Below are positions 19,630 to 30,026 of a stretch of 64,000 nucleotides of DNA, piece after piece. The stretch is from an uncultured Solirubrobacterales bacterium (GTDB lineage: Bacteria > Actinomycetota > Thermoleophilia > Solirubrobacterales > 70-9): NCBI GenBank assembly GCA_963801055.1, contig CAWDDE010000003.1, forward strand, positions 68,920-132,919. The letters are read 5' to 3'. The notes beneath the pieces were generated by a model. The model did no database searches, was not told where the DNA came from, and saw nothing but the letters and a program-made list of their open reading frames with translations. Position 1 is the stretch's first letter. Each line of letters begins with the position of its first letter. Both the position numbers and the translations under genes were made by a program.

Positions 19630-20615
19630 CGGCGGGCGGCCTCCGCGGCGAGCCAGGCGGCGGCGTCCTTCGCGAAGTAGGTGATGATCATGTCGGCGCC
19701 GGCCCGGCGGATCGCGGTCAGCGACTCCATCGCCGCGGCCCGCTCGTCGATCCAGCCATTCGCCGCCGCGGCCTTCAGCATCGAATACTCCCCGCCGACG
19801 TGGTACGCGGCGAGGGGCGCCCCGGTCGCATCCTTGACGCGGCGGATGACGTCGAGGTAGGGAAGCGCCGGCTTCACCATCACGACGTCGGCGCCTTCCT
19901 CGAGATCGAGCTTGGCCTCGCGAATGGCCTCGTCGGCATTGGCCGGATCCATCTGGTAGCCGCGCCGATCGCCGAACTCGGGGGCGGAGCCGGCGGCCTC
20001 GCGGAAGGGGCCGTAGAAGGCGGACGCGTACTTGGCGCTGTAGGCGACGATCGGCACTGAGGAGTGCCCCTCCTCGTCCAGCTGGCTCCGGATAGCACCC
20101 ACCCGGCCGTCCATCATGTCGCTCGGCGCCACGGCGTCCGCGCCCGCTGCCGCGTGGGAGATCGCGGTCTTGGCGAGCAGCTCGAGCGTCAGGTCGTTGT
20201 CGACCTCGCCCTCACGAACGATCCCGCAGTGCCCGTGGGAGGTGTACTCGCAGAGGCAGACGTCGGTGATCACGACGATCTCGGGATGCGCCTCCTTGAG
20301 CGCACGGACGGCCATCTGGACGACGCCCTCGTCGTCGTAGGCCTCGCTGGCTACCTCGTCCTTGCTCGCGGGGATCCCGAAGAGGAGCACGGCGCGGACG
20401 CCGGCCGCGCCGATCTCCGTCACCTCGGCAACGGCCTCCGAGATCGAGAGACGCTCCAGGCCGGGCATCGAGGAGATCGGCTCCCGCACGCCCTCGCCCG
20501 CCGTGATGAACAGCGGCTGCACGAGGTGCTCCGCGGTCAAATCGGTTTCGCGGACCAGGTCGCGGAGCGGCTCGGTCCGGCGCAGGCGCCGCAGTCGGAT
20601 GGCAGGAAAGCTCAT
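19626..20615 (-). CDS. hemB: Porphobilinogen synthase (delta-aminolevulinate dehydratase), Cys-rich Zn type
   Basis: MSFPAIRLRRLRR start, DVCLCEYTSHGHCG zinc site, VAPSDMMDGRV and MVKPALPYLD. Confidence 0.9.
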   Translation of the reverse strand: MSFPAIRLRRLRRTEPLRDLVRETDLTAEHLVQPLFITAGEGVREPISSMPGLERLSISEAVAEVTEIGAAGVRAVLLFGIPASKDEVASEAYDDEGVVQMAVRALKEAHPEIVVITDVCLCEYTSHGHCGIVREGEVDNDLTLELLAKTAISHAAAGADAVAPSDMMDGRVGAIRSQLDEEGHSSVPIVAYSAKYASAFYGPFREAAGSAPEFGDRRGYQMDPANADEAIREAKLDLEEGADVVMVKPALPYLDVIRRVKDATGAPLAAYHVGGEYSMLKAAAANGWIDERAAAMESLTAIRRAGADMIITYFAKDAAAWLAAEAARR

Positions 20616-20655
20616 GCGCCTGATTCTAGGCCGGTCCAGGCCGATGCTCGGGTGC

Positions 20656-22011
20656 TCACGCAAACCGGCGTAGCGCGACCCGCGCAATTGCCAGGTACGC
20701 GACTGCCAACAGCGCCAGGTGAAGGAAGGGGAGGCCCAGGTCCGGGCCCGAGGCGGACAGCGCCCCGGAAAGCGCGTCCAGGGCCGGCCGGAACGGGAAG
20801 GCGCCGGCGATCACGTGGATCACATCGAGCAGGCCCTTGCTCACCGTGCCGGACGGGACCAGGGAGATGAAGGCGACCGGAAGGGCAAGGGCGAAGGCAA
20901 GCAGGGCGCTGGCCCGCACCTCGCGGGCCGCGGCGCCGATCGCAAGCCCCAGCGCCGAGGAGGCGGCGCCCGCGAGCAGGATCGCCGGGACGATCAGGTA
21001 GATCCGGCTCCACCCGATCGACTCGAAGGGCGTGATCGCGGCGAGCAGCAGCAGGGTGACCACGAGCGCGGCTCCGGTCCCGAGCGCGGCCTTCTCCATG
21101 AGCAGGCCCTCGCGGCTGACCAGTCCGCGCGTGAGCCGGGTGAAGGTGTTCTCTTCGCGCTCGAGCGCCAGCGATCCCGAGACGAGCAGCACGGTGACGA
21201 ACAGCAGGGTGACGGCCGCGGCGACGGCAACGGCGAAGGTGTCGAGCGGTGGGATGCTCCCCGCGACCACCCGCTTGTCGACGGAGATCGGCTGACGGAC
21301 CGAGGAGAGCAGGCTGTCCGCAAGCGCCAGGTTCTGGCGGGCGAGCCGGGCAAAGGCGCTGATCTGGGCGACCTTGCCGCGCTGATCCGGCGGCAGGTCG
21401 GCCTGGATCGAGTCGAGGATCTTGGCTGCCTTCTGCAGGCCAAGGACCCGAACGGTCTGTCCCAGGAACGGGATCTGGAACTCGCCGCCGTTCGCGAGGA
21501 TCTTCTCGTAGTTGGCGGCTACGTCACTGATCTTCCCCGAGAGCAGCAGGTTCGCCTGGGTGAGCAGCGAGCTGATCCGATCGTCGACGATCTGGGCCTT
21601 GAGGGGGTCGTCCTGGTTGACGAGCACCTCGACCGTCGCGGGCTCCGAGCCGGCGGTGGTCAGCTCCGCCTGCAGCTTGCTGAGGAAGTCCGGGGGCAGG
21701 ATGAGGCCGCCCAGCACCTCACCGTCCTTCACCTTCTGCTCGACCTCCGCCCGGCTGGACGCCGGCACGCACTCGATCTTGGCGCAGAGCTGGCGGTGGG
21801 CCTCTTCCTGGCTGAACCCAACCGTGCTGCCCAAGTTGAGGCCGGCGCTCGGCGGGATCTGGTTGAGGAAGGCGACCCGCGGCTTCTCGGGGCTCCGAGA
21901 GATCGCGAGCCCAATCAGGATGGCGAGCACGATCGGGTAGACGATCAGTAGCCCGGTGACCAGCGGCGAGCGGCGCAGGATCTGCAGATCCTTGACGAGC
22001 AGCCAGCGCAT
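20656..22011 (-). CDS. ABC-2 type transporter permease with large extracytoplasmic loop
   Basis: The start MRWLLVKDLQILRRSPL overlaps the ATPase stop (ATGA). One N-terminal TM, a soluble loop of roughly 170 aa, then five C-terminal TMs. Confidence 0.75.
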   Translation of the reverse strand: MRWLLVKDLQILRRSPLVTGLLIVYPIVLAILIGLAISRSPEKPRVAFLNQIPPSAGLNLGSTVGFSQEEAHRQLCAKIECVPASSRAEVEQKVKDGEVLGGLILPPDFLSKLQAELTTAGSEPATVEVLVNQDDPLKAQIVDDRISSLLTQANLLLSGKISDVAANYEKILANGGEFQIPFLGQTVRVLGLQKAAKILDSIQADLPPDQRGKVAQISAFARLARQNLALADSLLSSVRQPISVDKRVVAGSIPPLDTFAVAVAAAVTLLFVTVLLVSGSLALEREENTFTRLTRGLVSREGLLMEKAALGTGAALVVTLLLLAAITPFESIGWSRIYLIVPAILLAGAASSALGLAIGAAAREVRASALLAFALALPVAFISLVPSGTVSKGLLDVIHVIAGAFPFRPALDALSGALSASGPDLGLPFLHLALLAVAYLAIARVALRRFA

Positions 22012-22759
22012 CAGTGGCCCCGCTGGCGCAGAAAGCGGACGAAGTCGTTCTCGGGATCGGGGTCCGTTCCCTCGGGCGGGGCTCGGCGGCGCGGCGGAGC
22101 TGCGCGAAGCTGCCGTCGAAGATCGTCTCGCCGTCCGCCAGAACAACCAGACGGTCGCCGTGGTGGCCGACCTCCTCGATCTGGTGTGTCGAGTAGATGA
22201 CGGTCGTGCCGCCCTCGGCCAGGCGGGCCACGAACTCCCAGAGCCGGACGCGCTGGCTCGGGTCGAGTCCTGCGCTCGGCTCGTCGAGCAGAAGCACCGC
22301 TGGATCGCCGAGCAGCCCGATCGCGATGTTGATCCGCTGCTGGTTTCCGCCGGACAGGGACGACACCGGGTCCCCTCGCCTCTCTTCGAGGCCCGTCTGC
22401 TCGAGCATCCGCTCGAGCGTCCCCTCGACGTCGGTCACTCCCTCCATGTGGGCGAAGAGCCGCAGGTTCTCCTCGACCGTGAGGCGGCGGTAGAGCCCGG
22501 CCTGCTGCGGCACCCAGCCGACCTCCCCGTTCGAGCTGGTGATCCGGCCGGAGTCCGGCCTGGTGATCCCGGCAAGGATCGAGAGCAGCGTCGTCTTCCC
22601 GGCGCCGTTCGGCCCGAGCACGGCCAGCAGCTCTCCACGGCGAACATCGAGGCTCACGTCCCGCAGGGCGACACGCGCACCGAACGACTTGGAGAGGCCA
22701 TCCACCTCGAGAACGGGGGCGGCGCGTGGCGCTCGCGCCCGCGGAGGCTCCTCACTCAT
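22011..22759 (-). pseudogene. ABC transporter ATP-binding protein; one frame break near 22045-22085
   Basis: GPNGAGKTT Walker A, LSGGNQQR signature and LLLDEPSAGLD Walker B. The expected C-terminus ENDFVRFLRQRGH-stop lies in another frame and ends in an ATGA overlap with the permease start. A G4 run sits at 22078-22081. Confidence 0.8.
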
Positions 22760-22821
22760 CGGGCGAAAGCTAGTGACAAGTGAACTCGGCCGCGACGGCG
22801 GTCGTCTACGGTGGCGTGCTG

Positions 22822-23602
22822 ATGCGGCTCCTGTTCATAGGGGACGTCGTCGGCGGGCCCGGCCGGCAGGCTCTGGTGACGGCGATGCCCGAGCTCCGCG
22901 CCGAGCGGATGCCCGATCTCGTCGTGGTCAACGGGGAGAACGCGGCCGGCGGCGTCGGGGTCACCAAGGAGACAGCCGAGCAGATCTTCGACGCTGGCGC
23001 CGACGTGATCACGCTCGGCAACCACACCTACCGCCACCGCGACGTCTACCCCTACCTGGACGCCGAGCCGCGAATCGTCCGCCCCTCCAATTTCCCAGCG
23101 TCCAACCCCGGGCGTGGCCACACGATCACGGAGGCCGCCGGGATGCGGGTTGCGGTGATCAACCTGAGCGGGCAGATGCACCTCCAGGTCGAGCGCAATC
23201 CCTTCACCGCGATCGACGACCTGCTCGAATCGCTCGCCGGCGCGGCGGACGCCTATCGTCGTCGACTTCCACGCCGAGCTCACCAGCGAGAAGGTGGCGA
23301 TGGGCTGGCACCTCGACGGCCGTGTGGCGGCGGTGCTCGGGACGCATACCCATGTCCCCACTGCCGACCCCCGGGTCCTGCCGGGCGGCACCGCTCACAT
23401 CGCGGACGTCGGCATGACCGGCTCTCGCGCCGGAGTGATCGGCGTCAAGCGGGAGCAGGCGCTACAGGCGTTCAGGACCCAGATGCCGGTGCGCTTCGAC
23501 ACCGCGGACGAGGACGTCTGGCTGATGGGCGTCGCGGTCGAGATCGGAGACGACGGGCTCGCGCGCCGAATCGACCAGATCCTCATCCCGATCTCCTCCT
23601 AG
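22822..23602 (+). pseudogene. YmdB-like (TIGR00282) metallophosphoesterase; one frame break near 23250-23258
   Basis: MRLLFIGDVVGGPGR, VVVNGENAAGG and GNHTY. After ...LAGAADA the conserved IVVDFHAELTSEKVAMGWHLDGRVAAVLGTHTHVPTAD continues in another frame (ORF 23294..23602). Confidence 0.8.
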
Positions 23603-25204
23603 CGGCGACGATCCCCGCCGCCAGCAGGGCGATCAGCAGGAAGGGCAGGAACCAGGGGATGTAGAGGTAGAACCAGTGGTCGACGGTGAGCTCCATGCCG
23701 AGCAGCACCGCCGCACCCAGGGCGGCGACCGTGACATGGTCCCGGCGCCGCGGCCGGAACGCGACCAGCACGGCCAGGCCAACCACCGCCGCCTTGACCA
23801 CCGCCTGAAGCCAACCCAGCGAATGGGCCTGGCCCCAGATGCTGAACGGCGAATCCCGCCCGCCCTGCTCGGCCGATCGTGCGGTGCCAGAAGGTCGATA
23901 GACCCGGATCCTGCAGCGCCTGGAACGAGACCACCAGGATGGTGAGCCCGAAGGCGATCGTGAACGGGATGACGACTTTGCGCGTAGCTGCGCACGGATC
24001 CCTCGCGCCCGCCATCGGTCGCGCCATAGGTGGCGAAGAGCGGCCCGAGGGCGAGTGGGGCGAACTTCGTCATCGCCGAGAGCGCCAGCGTGATTCCGCG
24101 CGCGCATCGGCGAGGTCAGACAGAGGAGAGCCGCCGCCAGGGTGAGCGAACCAGCGCGTCGTTCGTGTTCGACTCCAGCGCATACGCGGTGTAGGGGCAG
24201 GCGGCCCAGCCGAAGCAGAGGAGCACCCCGAGCTCCGTCCCCCGGCGGCCGCGCCGGATCCGGCGGCCAAGCAGGAAGAGCACCGCCATCGTCGCCAGGT
24301 CGAAGAAGATCGCGCCCAGCGTGGGCGGCGGGCAGTTCGTCCCAGGTGCCGCTCCAGGGGAATGCCTGCTCGAACGGGACGTAGGCGTAGTAGGCGACCG
24401 GCCCGTAGGTGTCGCCCGATTGGTCGTCCGACGGGAAGTTGTCGTAGATCGGCTCGCGGTCGGCGATCCGGTCGGCGCCGATCACCCCCGAGTAGCCCAC
24501 GTCGATCACGTTCGAATCGAAGACGTTGAGGGCGACGCGGCCACCGATCAGGGCGAGGGTGGCGACCGCCAGGACGGCGATCGGGGCCGACGGTCGCAGC
24601 CCCGAGCCGCTGCGCGCGCCGGAAGCCGAGCCAGAGCGCTCGACGCGAGCAGATAGAGAAGCGGCGGGTAGGCGAGCGGGACCGAAACCCCGATGTTGCC
24701 CTTGTTGAAGAAGTAGTGCGAGAGGCCGAACCCGGCGACGATCACCAGCAGATCGAGGTGGGCGAGCCGGAAGGGCCGGCGCCAGTCGAGCAGCCCGAGA
24801 ACGAAGATCGCGCAGAGGGGGAGCCAGATGTAGGGCGCGTTGATCATCTGGCCGAAGGCGCCCGGATAGCCGCGGGCCATTCGCCAGGCGACCTGGTAGC
24901 CGGTCCAGGACTCGACGACCTTGCCGTTGTTCGGGTCGACGACGACCTGGACGACCTCGCTTGCCACCGGTGAAGAAGCCGACCTCCCAGAGACCCGTCC
25001 CCGGGTTGCGGCTGGCGGACGGACTCAGGTCGGGGTGCTGCTCGGACGCCGCCACAGCCTTGGGGTCGAGCTTGGCGATTTCGATCGCCTTCGTCTCTAG
25101 CAGATCCTCGGCTGCTGGGCGCCGGCGGAGCCCGGCAGCAGCATGATCAAGACGAGCGCTAGGGAGGCAGCGAGGGAGAGCGCTCGGACTAGACGAACGT
25201 CCAC
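23583..25204 (-). pseudogene. Polytopic membrane protein, GT-C-type glycosyltransferase-like (DUF2029/GT87-like), with N-terminal signal peptide and PepSY-like segment; roughly 6-7 frame breaks
   Basis: Pieces read in three frames: VDVRLVRALSLAASLALVLIMLLPGSAGA, VVVDPNNGKVVESWTG, IWLPLCAIFVLGLLDWRRPFRLAHLDLLVIVAGFGLSHYFF, DVGYSGVIGADRI...GDTYGPVAYYAYVPF and the C-terminal LGMELTVDHWFYLYIPWFLPFLLIALL. The family call is tentative. Confidence 0.45.
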
Positions 25205-27144
25205 AGCTTGTTGCCGATGAAGTTGAAGGGCATGGCGATCGCCACGGCCACCGCCTGGGCGGGGAGATCGCCCATCCCGCTGCGCACCAGCAACTCGAGG
25301 GCGATCAGGTTGACGATCAGCGCGAGCACGCTCACCGTGAAGAATCGCGCGGCCTGGAACCCGGCGTGTCCGTGCTTCGCGTCGAAGGTCCAGTGGCGGT
25401 TCCACCAGAAGTTGTTCGATACCGCAACGCAGAAGGCGATGATCGCGGCTGGGATGTGGTGGATGTTCAGCGGCCCGACCATGACCGCGAACACCGCGAG
25501 GTTGACGATGTAGCCGGAGCCGCCGACCAGCCCGAACTGGAAGAGCTGCACCCAGTTCTGCGGCTTCAGGGTGCCTCGGCCGATCCGTTTGGCGGTCTGA
25601 ACCGGGGTCACCCCTGAGGCCTCTCGGTAGCGACGCCGAAGTGACTCCAGGATCACCGGGGCGAGGTCCCGCAACGCCCATTGCGGCCGCTCACCCGGAC
25701 CCTCGGGACCACAACCCACGAACATCACCGGGGCGAGCGAGTCTCCGCGGCCGAGCGATCCGTGGCTGCCCCCGCCGACGTGGCTGATCCCGCCCCAGTC
25801 GACGCACTCGTAGCCCTCCTCCGCGGAGATCAGGATGTCGCCCGCATGCGGGGAGGTGAGCGCCGACCAGAGCCGAGCCAGGCCGTCGGGGTACTCGTGT
25901 GACTCGAAGCGGCCCCGGGTGACGTCGCCCGCCAGCGCCTCGGGCTCGCCGCTCACTGCCCACCTGTTGCCGCGCCGGTCGCGGAGCTGCCCGCCGGGGC
26001 GGAAGCGGAACTCGTAACCATTGCGCTCCACCACCGCCTCGACGGCGCCGGCGTCGGGCAGACCGACCCCCGTGCGCACGATCGGGGCGCCGTCGTCCGC
26101 CGCCAGCCAGGTGACCAGGTCGACTCCGGCGAGCTCTCGGAGACGGAGGCGGGCGCGCTCGTGGGTTACGGGATGCCGGCGGCCGCTGTCCAGGATGTAA
26201 ACGGCGCCGGCGCGCGAGGTCGGGCTGACCGCGATCTCCGCCTCTTCGGGCCGGTCCGTGTTGGGCTGGAGCACCGCCCAGTCCTCGGCCAGCTCGTCCG
26301 CGAGCGGCAGCGCATGCTCGACGTCGGTCTGGGCATGATCGGCCGTCAGCAGCACGGCGTGATCGGAGAGAAAGGCGTCCAGGCCTCCGCCGGCCTCGAT
26401 GATGCGGGCGAACATCGAATCCGCCTTGCCGATCGATTCGAGGGTGGCCTCGGGGCCGTGCCGGTGGGAGTGGAAGTCGTTGTCGGGCAGGCTGAAGAGG
26501 AGGAACTCGTACGCCCCCTCCCCGACCAACTCCTCGGCCACGCAGGCCGAGTACTCGTCGCGGGTCCCTGGCCGGGTGAACGTCGGTCCACACCCGGTGG
26601 GACGGCTGGCGTAGAGGTCGCCGTAGAAGAACTCGTCGGGCCCCCAGACCGCGTGGCGGAAGTTGGCGACGGCCGCCGCCCGGCGGGCCAGTCCCTCGAG
26701 ACCGAGCTCGTGGCGCTGGCGCCCCCGGAAGATCAGGAAGGGGGTTGCCGCGGTGCGTATCCCGGCATCGCCTAGGCGCTCGAACACCGTCTCGGCCTGC
26801 CAGCTCAGGTGGTCGAGATTCATGTTGTAGACGAGGTCGTACATCGCCCGGAAGAGCCCGAACGTGCGTGTCGCCTCGAACGAGGATCCGTACTCGATGT
26901 AGCGGCGCTCGACCCGGTGGTACCAGTTCATGCCCATCACCCAGTGGCCCGCCGGACCGGTGCCGGTCATCATCTCCGAGCTGGCCACCGGCGTCACCGA
27001 GGGGAAACTCGAGACGCAGTCGGGGATCATCTGGCCGCGCTCGAGCAGCCCCGCGAAAGTCGGCGCGAGATCCTCGTCGATCGCTCGCATCAGCATCTCG
27101 GGATGCATGGCGTCGACTACGACGAGGATCAGCTTCCGCCGCAC
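25189..27144 (-). CDS. Fusion protein: alkaline-phosphatase-superfamily (type I phosphodiesterase/nucleotide pyrophosphatase-like) domain plus C-terminal GtrA-like membrane domain
   Basis: The N-part has VVVDAMHPEML, SSFPSVTPVASSEMMTG, DNDFHSHRHGP, LTADHAQT and GGSHGS, which are metal-site motifs of the AlkP superfamily. The C-part FGLVGGSGYIVNLAVF...SNNFWWNRHWTF...NFIGNKLWTF is the GtrA signature. Confidence 0.7.
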   Translation of the reverse strand: MRRKLILVVVDAMHPEMLMRAIDEDLAPTFAGLLERGQMIPDCVSSFPSVTPVASSEMMTGTGPAGHWVMGMNWYHRVERRYIEYGSSFEATRTFGLFRAMYDLVYNMNLDHLSWQAETVFERLGDAGIRTAATPFLIFRGRQRHELGLEGLARRAAAVANFRHAVWGPDEFFYGDLYASRPTGCGPTFTRPGTRDEYSACVAEELVGEGAYEFLLFSLPDNDFHSHRHGPEATLESIGKADSMFARIIEAGGGLDAFLSDHAVLLTADHAQTDVEHALPLADELAEDWAVLQPNTDRPEEAEIAVSPTSRAGAVYILDSGRRHPVTHERARLRLRELAGVDLVTWLAADDGAPIVRTGVGLPDAGAVEAVVERNGYEFRFRPGGQLRDRRGNRWAVSGEPEALAGDVTRGRFESHEYPDGLARLWSALTSPHAGDILISAEEGYECVDWGGISHVGGGSHGSLGRGDSLAPVMFVGCGPEGPGERPQWALRDLAPVILESLRRRYREASGVTPVQTAKRIGRGTLKPQNWVQLFQFGLVGGSGYIVNLAVFAVMVGPLNIHHIPAAIIAFCVAVSNNFWWNRHWTFDAKHGHAGFQAARFFTVSVLALIVNLIALELLVRSGMGDLPAQAVAVAIAMPFNFIGNKLWTFV

Positions 27145-27147
27145 GGC

Positions 27148-27600
27148 TTATCGGAGGACCCGCAGGCCCTCATGCTTGCGCTCGGCTCGACGTCGGCGCG
27201 AGACCCAGACCCAGCTCAGGGCCACCAGGGCGACGAGCGAGAACGGCTCGAACACGAGACTGATGCCGGCGACGACCACCGCGGTCACCACCACGATCAA
27301 CGTCACCCCTACCGGTGACTGCACATCCGCGCCGGTTACGCGATCCCGCTGCCTGCGAATCGCCCCCGATGCGATGTCACGGCTGACCACCGCGGCGAGG
27401 CCGGCACCGATCACCCCGATCGGAAGCGCGGGCCAGACCGACTCGTCCGCTCCGTTGAGAGCCGCCCCGGCGGCCAGCACCCCGATTGGCGCGGCGCCGA
27501 CGACTGCGCCCCAGGTGGGCATGATCGGGGGAAAGACAACTCCGAGGATGAGCCCGGCCGCGATGGCCAGACCCAGTCCCTGGCAGATCGCGAGGAACAT
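27148..27600 (-). CDS. Hypothetical membrane protein
   Basis: 150-aa hydrophobic, Gly/Ala-rich ORF. Its stop is 3 nt from the start of the AlkP-GtrA gene. Confidence 0.45.
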   Translation of the reverse strand: MFLAICQGLGLAIAAGLILGVVFPPIMPTWGAVVGAAPIGVLAAGAALNGADESVWPALPIGVIGAGLAAVVSRDIASGAIRRQRDRVTGADVQSPVGVTLIVVVTAVVVAGISLVFEPFSLVALVALSWVWVSRRRRAERKHEGLRVLR

Positions 27601-27681
27601 CCGGGCGGGAGGCTACCGCCATCGCGCTACTGGCCAGAGCGCCCCGCGGCCTTGCGGCCAGGTCGCTCTCGGTCCGCCAAG

Positions 27682-29079
27682 ATGTCCGGCGTGACCGATC
27701 CACAAGAAAGGGACAAGCCGGCTCCGCGCTCAGCCGAGAGCCCGCGCCGCCGTCGGGCGCACACGACCTCGCGAGACCTCGAGCGCTACGCGGGACTGTT
27801 CGCGAGGCGCACCCAGGTGATGCGGTCCTCGGCGATGCGCGACCTGATGGCGATCACGGCGCGGCCCGAGGTCATCTCGCTCGCCGGCGGCCTGCCGGAC
27901 ACCTCGACCTTCCCGGCCGAGAGCTTCGCGGCCCAGATGACCCGCATCGCACACGAGTCCTCGGCCGAGGCCCTCCAGTACGGGCCGACGGAGGGCTTCG
28001 AGGAGACCAAGGCCTGCATCGCCGAGGTCATGGCCGCCGAGGGAATGGCGCCCGATCCCGACGATCTGATCGTGACGACCGGAGGCCAGCAGGCCATCGA
28101 CCTGATCACGAAGACGCTCGTCGATCCGGGCGACCCTGTGGTCTGCGAGGCACCTACCTACCCGGGGGCGGTGCCGACCTTCTGCAGCTACGAGGCGGAC
28201 GTCCACCAGGTGCGGACCGACGATGACGGGATGCGGATCGACGAGCTCGGAGGCCTGCTCTCCGCGCTCGCCCGCGACGGCCGCCGCCCCAAGTTCATCT
28301 ATTCCGTGCCGAGCTTCCAGAACCCGGCGGGCGTGACGCTCTCGGAGGAGCGGCGGCGGCGCCTGGTCGAGCTGGCGCGGCAGCACGAGGTGCTGATCGT
28401 CGAGGACAACCCCTACGGGCTGCTGCGCTACGACGGGGATCCCCAACCAACGCTCTACAGCCTCGATGGCGGTGACTACGTCCTCTACCTAGGCACGCTT
28501 TCGAAGATCCTCTCGCCGGGCATCCGGATCGGCTGGGTGGCGGCACCGCCCCCGGTGCTCGAGAAGATCGGACTCGGCAAGCAGGCGGCCGACCTCTGCA
28601 CCTCGACCCTCAGCCAGTACTTCGTCCGAGAGTATTTCGCGGAGGGCCGTTGGCTCTCCTACATCTCAGACCTGATCGAGATCTACCGCGACCGTCGTGA
28701 CGCGATGCTCGAAGCCCTCGAGCGCCACTTCCCCCCGCAGGCGGAGTGGACGCGGCCCGAGGGGGGCCTCTTCCTGTGGGCGACCCTCCCCGACTACATC
28801 GACACCACCGATCTGCTTGCGAAAGCCTTGCGCGAGAACGTCGCCTTCGTCCCGGGGCGCGCCGCCTACGCGGATGGTGTCCGCGGAGCCTCGTCGATGC
28901 GGCTCAACTTCTCCGCCTCGGGCGAGGATGAGCTGCGAGAGGGAATCCGGCGCATCGGGGGCGTCATCTCCGAGCAGATCGCGCTCTACGAGACGATCAC
29001 CGGCGAACACCGGGTGGCGCCTCCCCCGGGCGAGGGAGAGGATCCGGGGGGCGAGGTCGTCCCGATGCCGAGGCGATGA
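27682..29079 (+). CDS. PLP-dependent aminotransferase, class I/II (2-aminoadipate/LysN-like subfamily)
   Basis: RSSAMRDLM, LAGGLPD, QYGPTEG, SFQNPAG, YLGTLSKILSPGIRIGW (PLP Lys) and MRLNFS. The start codon is uncertain (27652 or 27682). Confidence 0.8.
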   Translation: MSGVTDPQERDKPAPRSAESPRRRRAHTTSRDLERYAGLFARRTQVMRSSAMRDLMAITARPEVISLAGGLPDTSTFPAESFAAQMTRIAHESSAEALQYGPTEGFEETKACIAEVMAAEGMAPDPDDLIVTTGGQQAIDLITKTLVDPGDPVVCEAPTYPGAVPTFCSYEADVHQVRTDDDGMRIDELGGLLSALARDGRRPKFIYSVPSFQNPAGVTLSEERRRRLVELARQHEVLIVEDNPYGLLRYDGDPQPTLYSLDGGDYVLYLGTLSKILSPGIRIGWVAAPPPVLEKIGLGKQAADLCTSTLSQYFVREYFAEGRWLSYISDLIEIYRDRRDAMLEALERHFPPQAEWTRPEGGLFLWATLPDYIDTTDLLAKALRENVAFVPGRAAYADGVRGASSMRLNFSASGEDELREGIRRIGGVISEQIALYETITGEHRVAPPPGEGEDPGGEVVPMPRR

Positions 29080-30026
29080 AGGTCGTCGTGCTCAAGGGAG
29101 GGAGCTCGCTGGAGCGCGAGGTCTCCCTGCGCTCCGCGGCGCGTGTCGAGGATGCGGTCGGCGAGCTCGGCCACGAGGCGATCGGCATCGACGTCGGGCA
29201 GGACCTCGTCGACCGGCTCCGCGATCAGCGCCCCGACGTCGTCTTCATCGCCCTGCACGGGCCGGGAGGCGAGGACGGCACTGTGCAGGAGTTGCTCGAG
29301 ATCCTCGACCTGCCCTACACCGGCCCGGGGGTGGCGGCGTGCGCGCTCTGCATGGACAAGGTCGCCGCCAAGCACGAGGTGCGCGCGGCCGGCATCCCGA
29401 CTCCGGACTGGGCGGCCTTCAACGCGACCGCCTTTCGCGAGCTGGGCGCCGCTGACACGCTCGAGGACATCGAAGCTCGGCTCGGCTTTCCGCTCGTCGT
29501 GAAGCCGGCGAGCCAGGGCTCCTCGCTCGGTGTCGAGTTCGCCGCGGCCCGCGACGAGGTGCCGCAGGCGCTGGTCGCGGCCTTCAGCTACGACGACCGG
29601 GTGCTGCTCGAGCGCTACGTGAAGGGGCGTGAGCTGGCGGTGAGCGTTCTCGGGATCGAGCCCCTCCCCGTCGTCGAGGCCATTCCCCGGGAGGAGGATT
29701 TCTTCAACTTCGAGGCGCGCTACGAGATCGGCCGGACCGACTACGTCTCCCCCGCCGAGCTAACCGAGGAGGAGACCCGCAGGGTGCAGGAGCTCGCTGC
29801 CCGGACCTACGAGACGCTCGGCTGCAGCGGCTTTGCCCGTGTCGATCTGATGCTCGACACGGAGGGGCCACAGGTGCTCGAGGTGAACGCGATCCCCGGC
29901 CTCACTGACACGAGCCTCTTCCCGATGGCCGCCGAGGCGGCCGGAATCGACTTCACGAGCCTGGTGGAGCGCATCCTGGCAAGCGCCCGCGAGCGGCCGG
30001 CGAGCGAGGCGACGCTACCGGCTTGA
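29076..30026 (+). CDS. ddl: D-alanine--D-alanine ligase (short form)
   Basis: MKVVVLKGGSSLEREVSLRS, IALHGPGGEDGTVQELLE, MDKVAAK, LEVNAIPGLT. The start overlaps the aminotransferase stop. Confidence 0.9.
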   Translation: MKVVVLKGGSSLEREVSLRSAARVEDAVGELGHEAIGIDVGQDLVDRLRDQRPDVVFIALHGPGGEDGTVQELLEILDLPYTGPGVAACALCMDKVAAKHEVRAAGIPTPDWAAFNATAFRELGAADTLEDIEARLGFPLVVKPASQGSSLGVEFAAARDEVPQALVAAFSYDDRVLLERYVKGRELAVSVLGIEPLPVVEAIPREEDFFNFEARYEIGRTDYVSPAELTEEETRRVQELAARTYETLGCSGFARVDLMLDTEGPQVLEVNAIPGLTDTSLFPMAAEAAGIDFTSLVERILASARERPASEATLPA

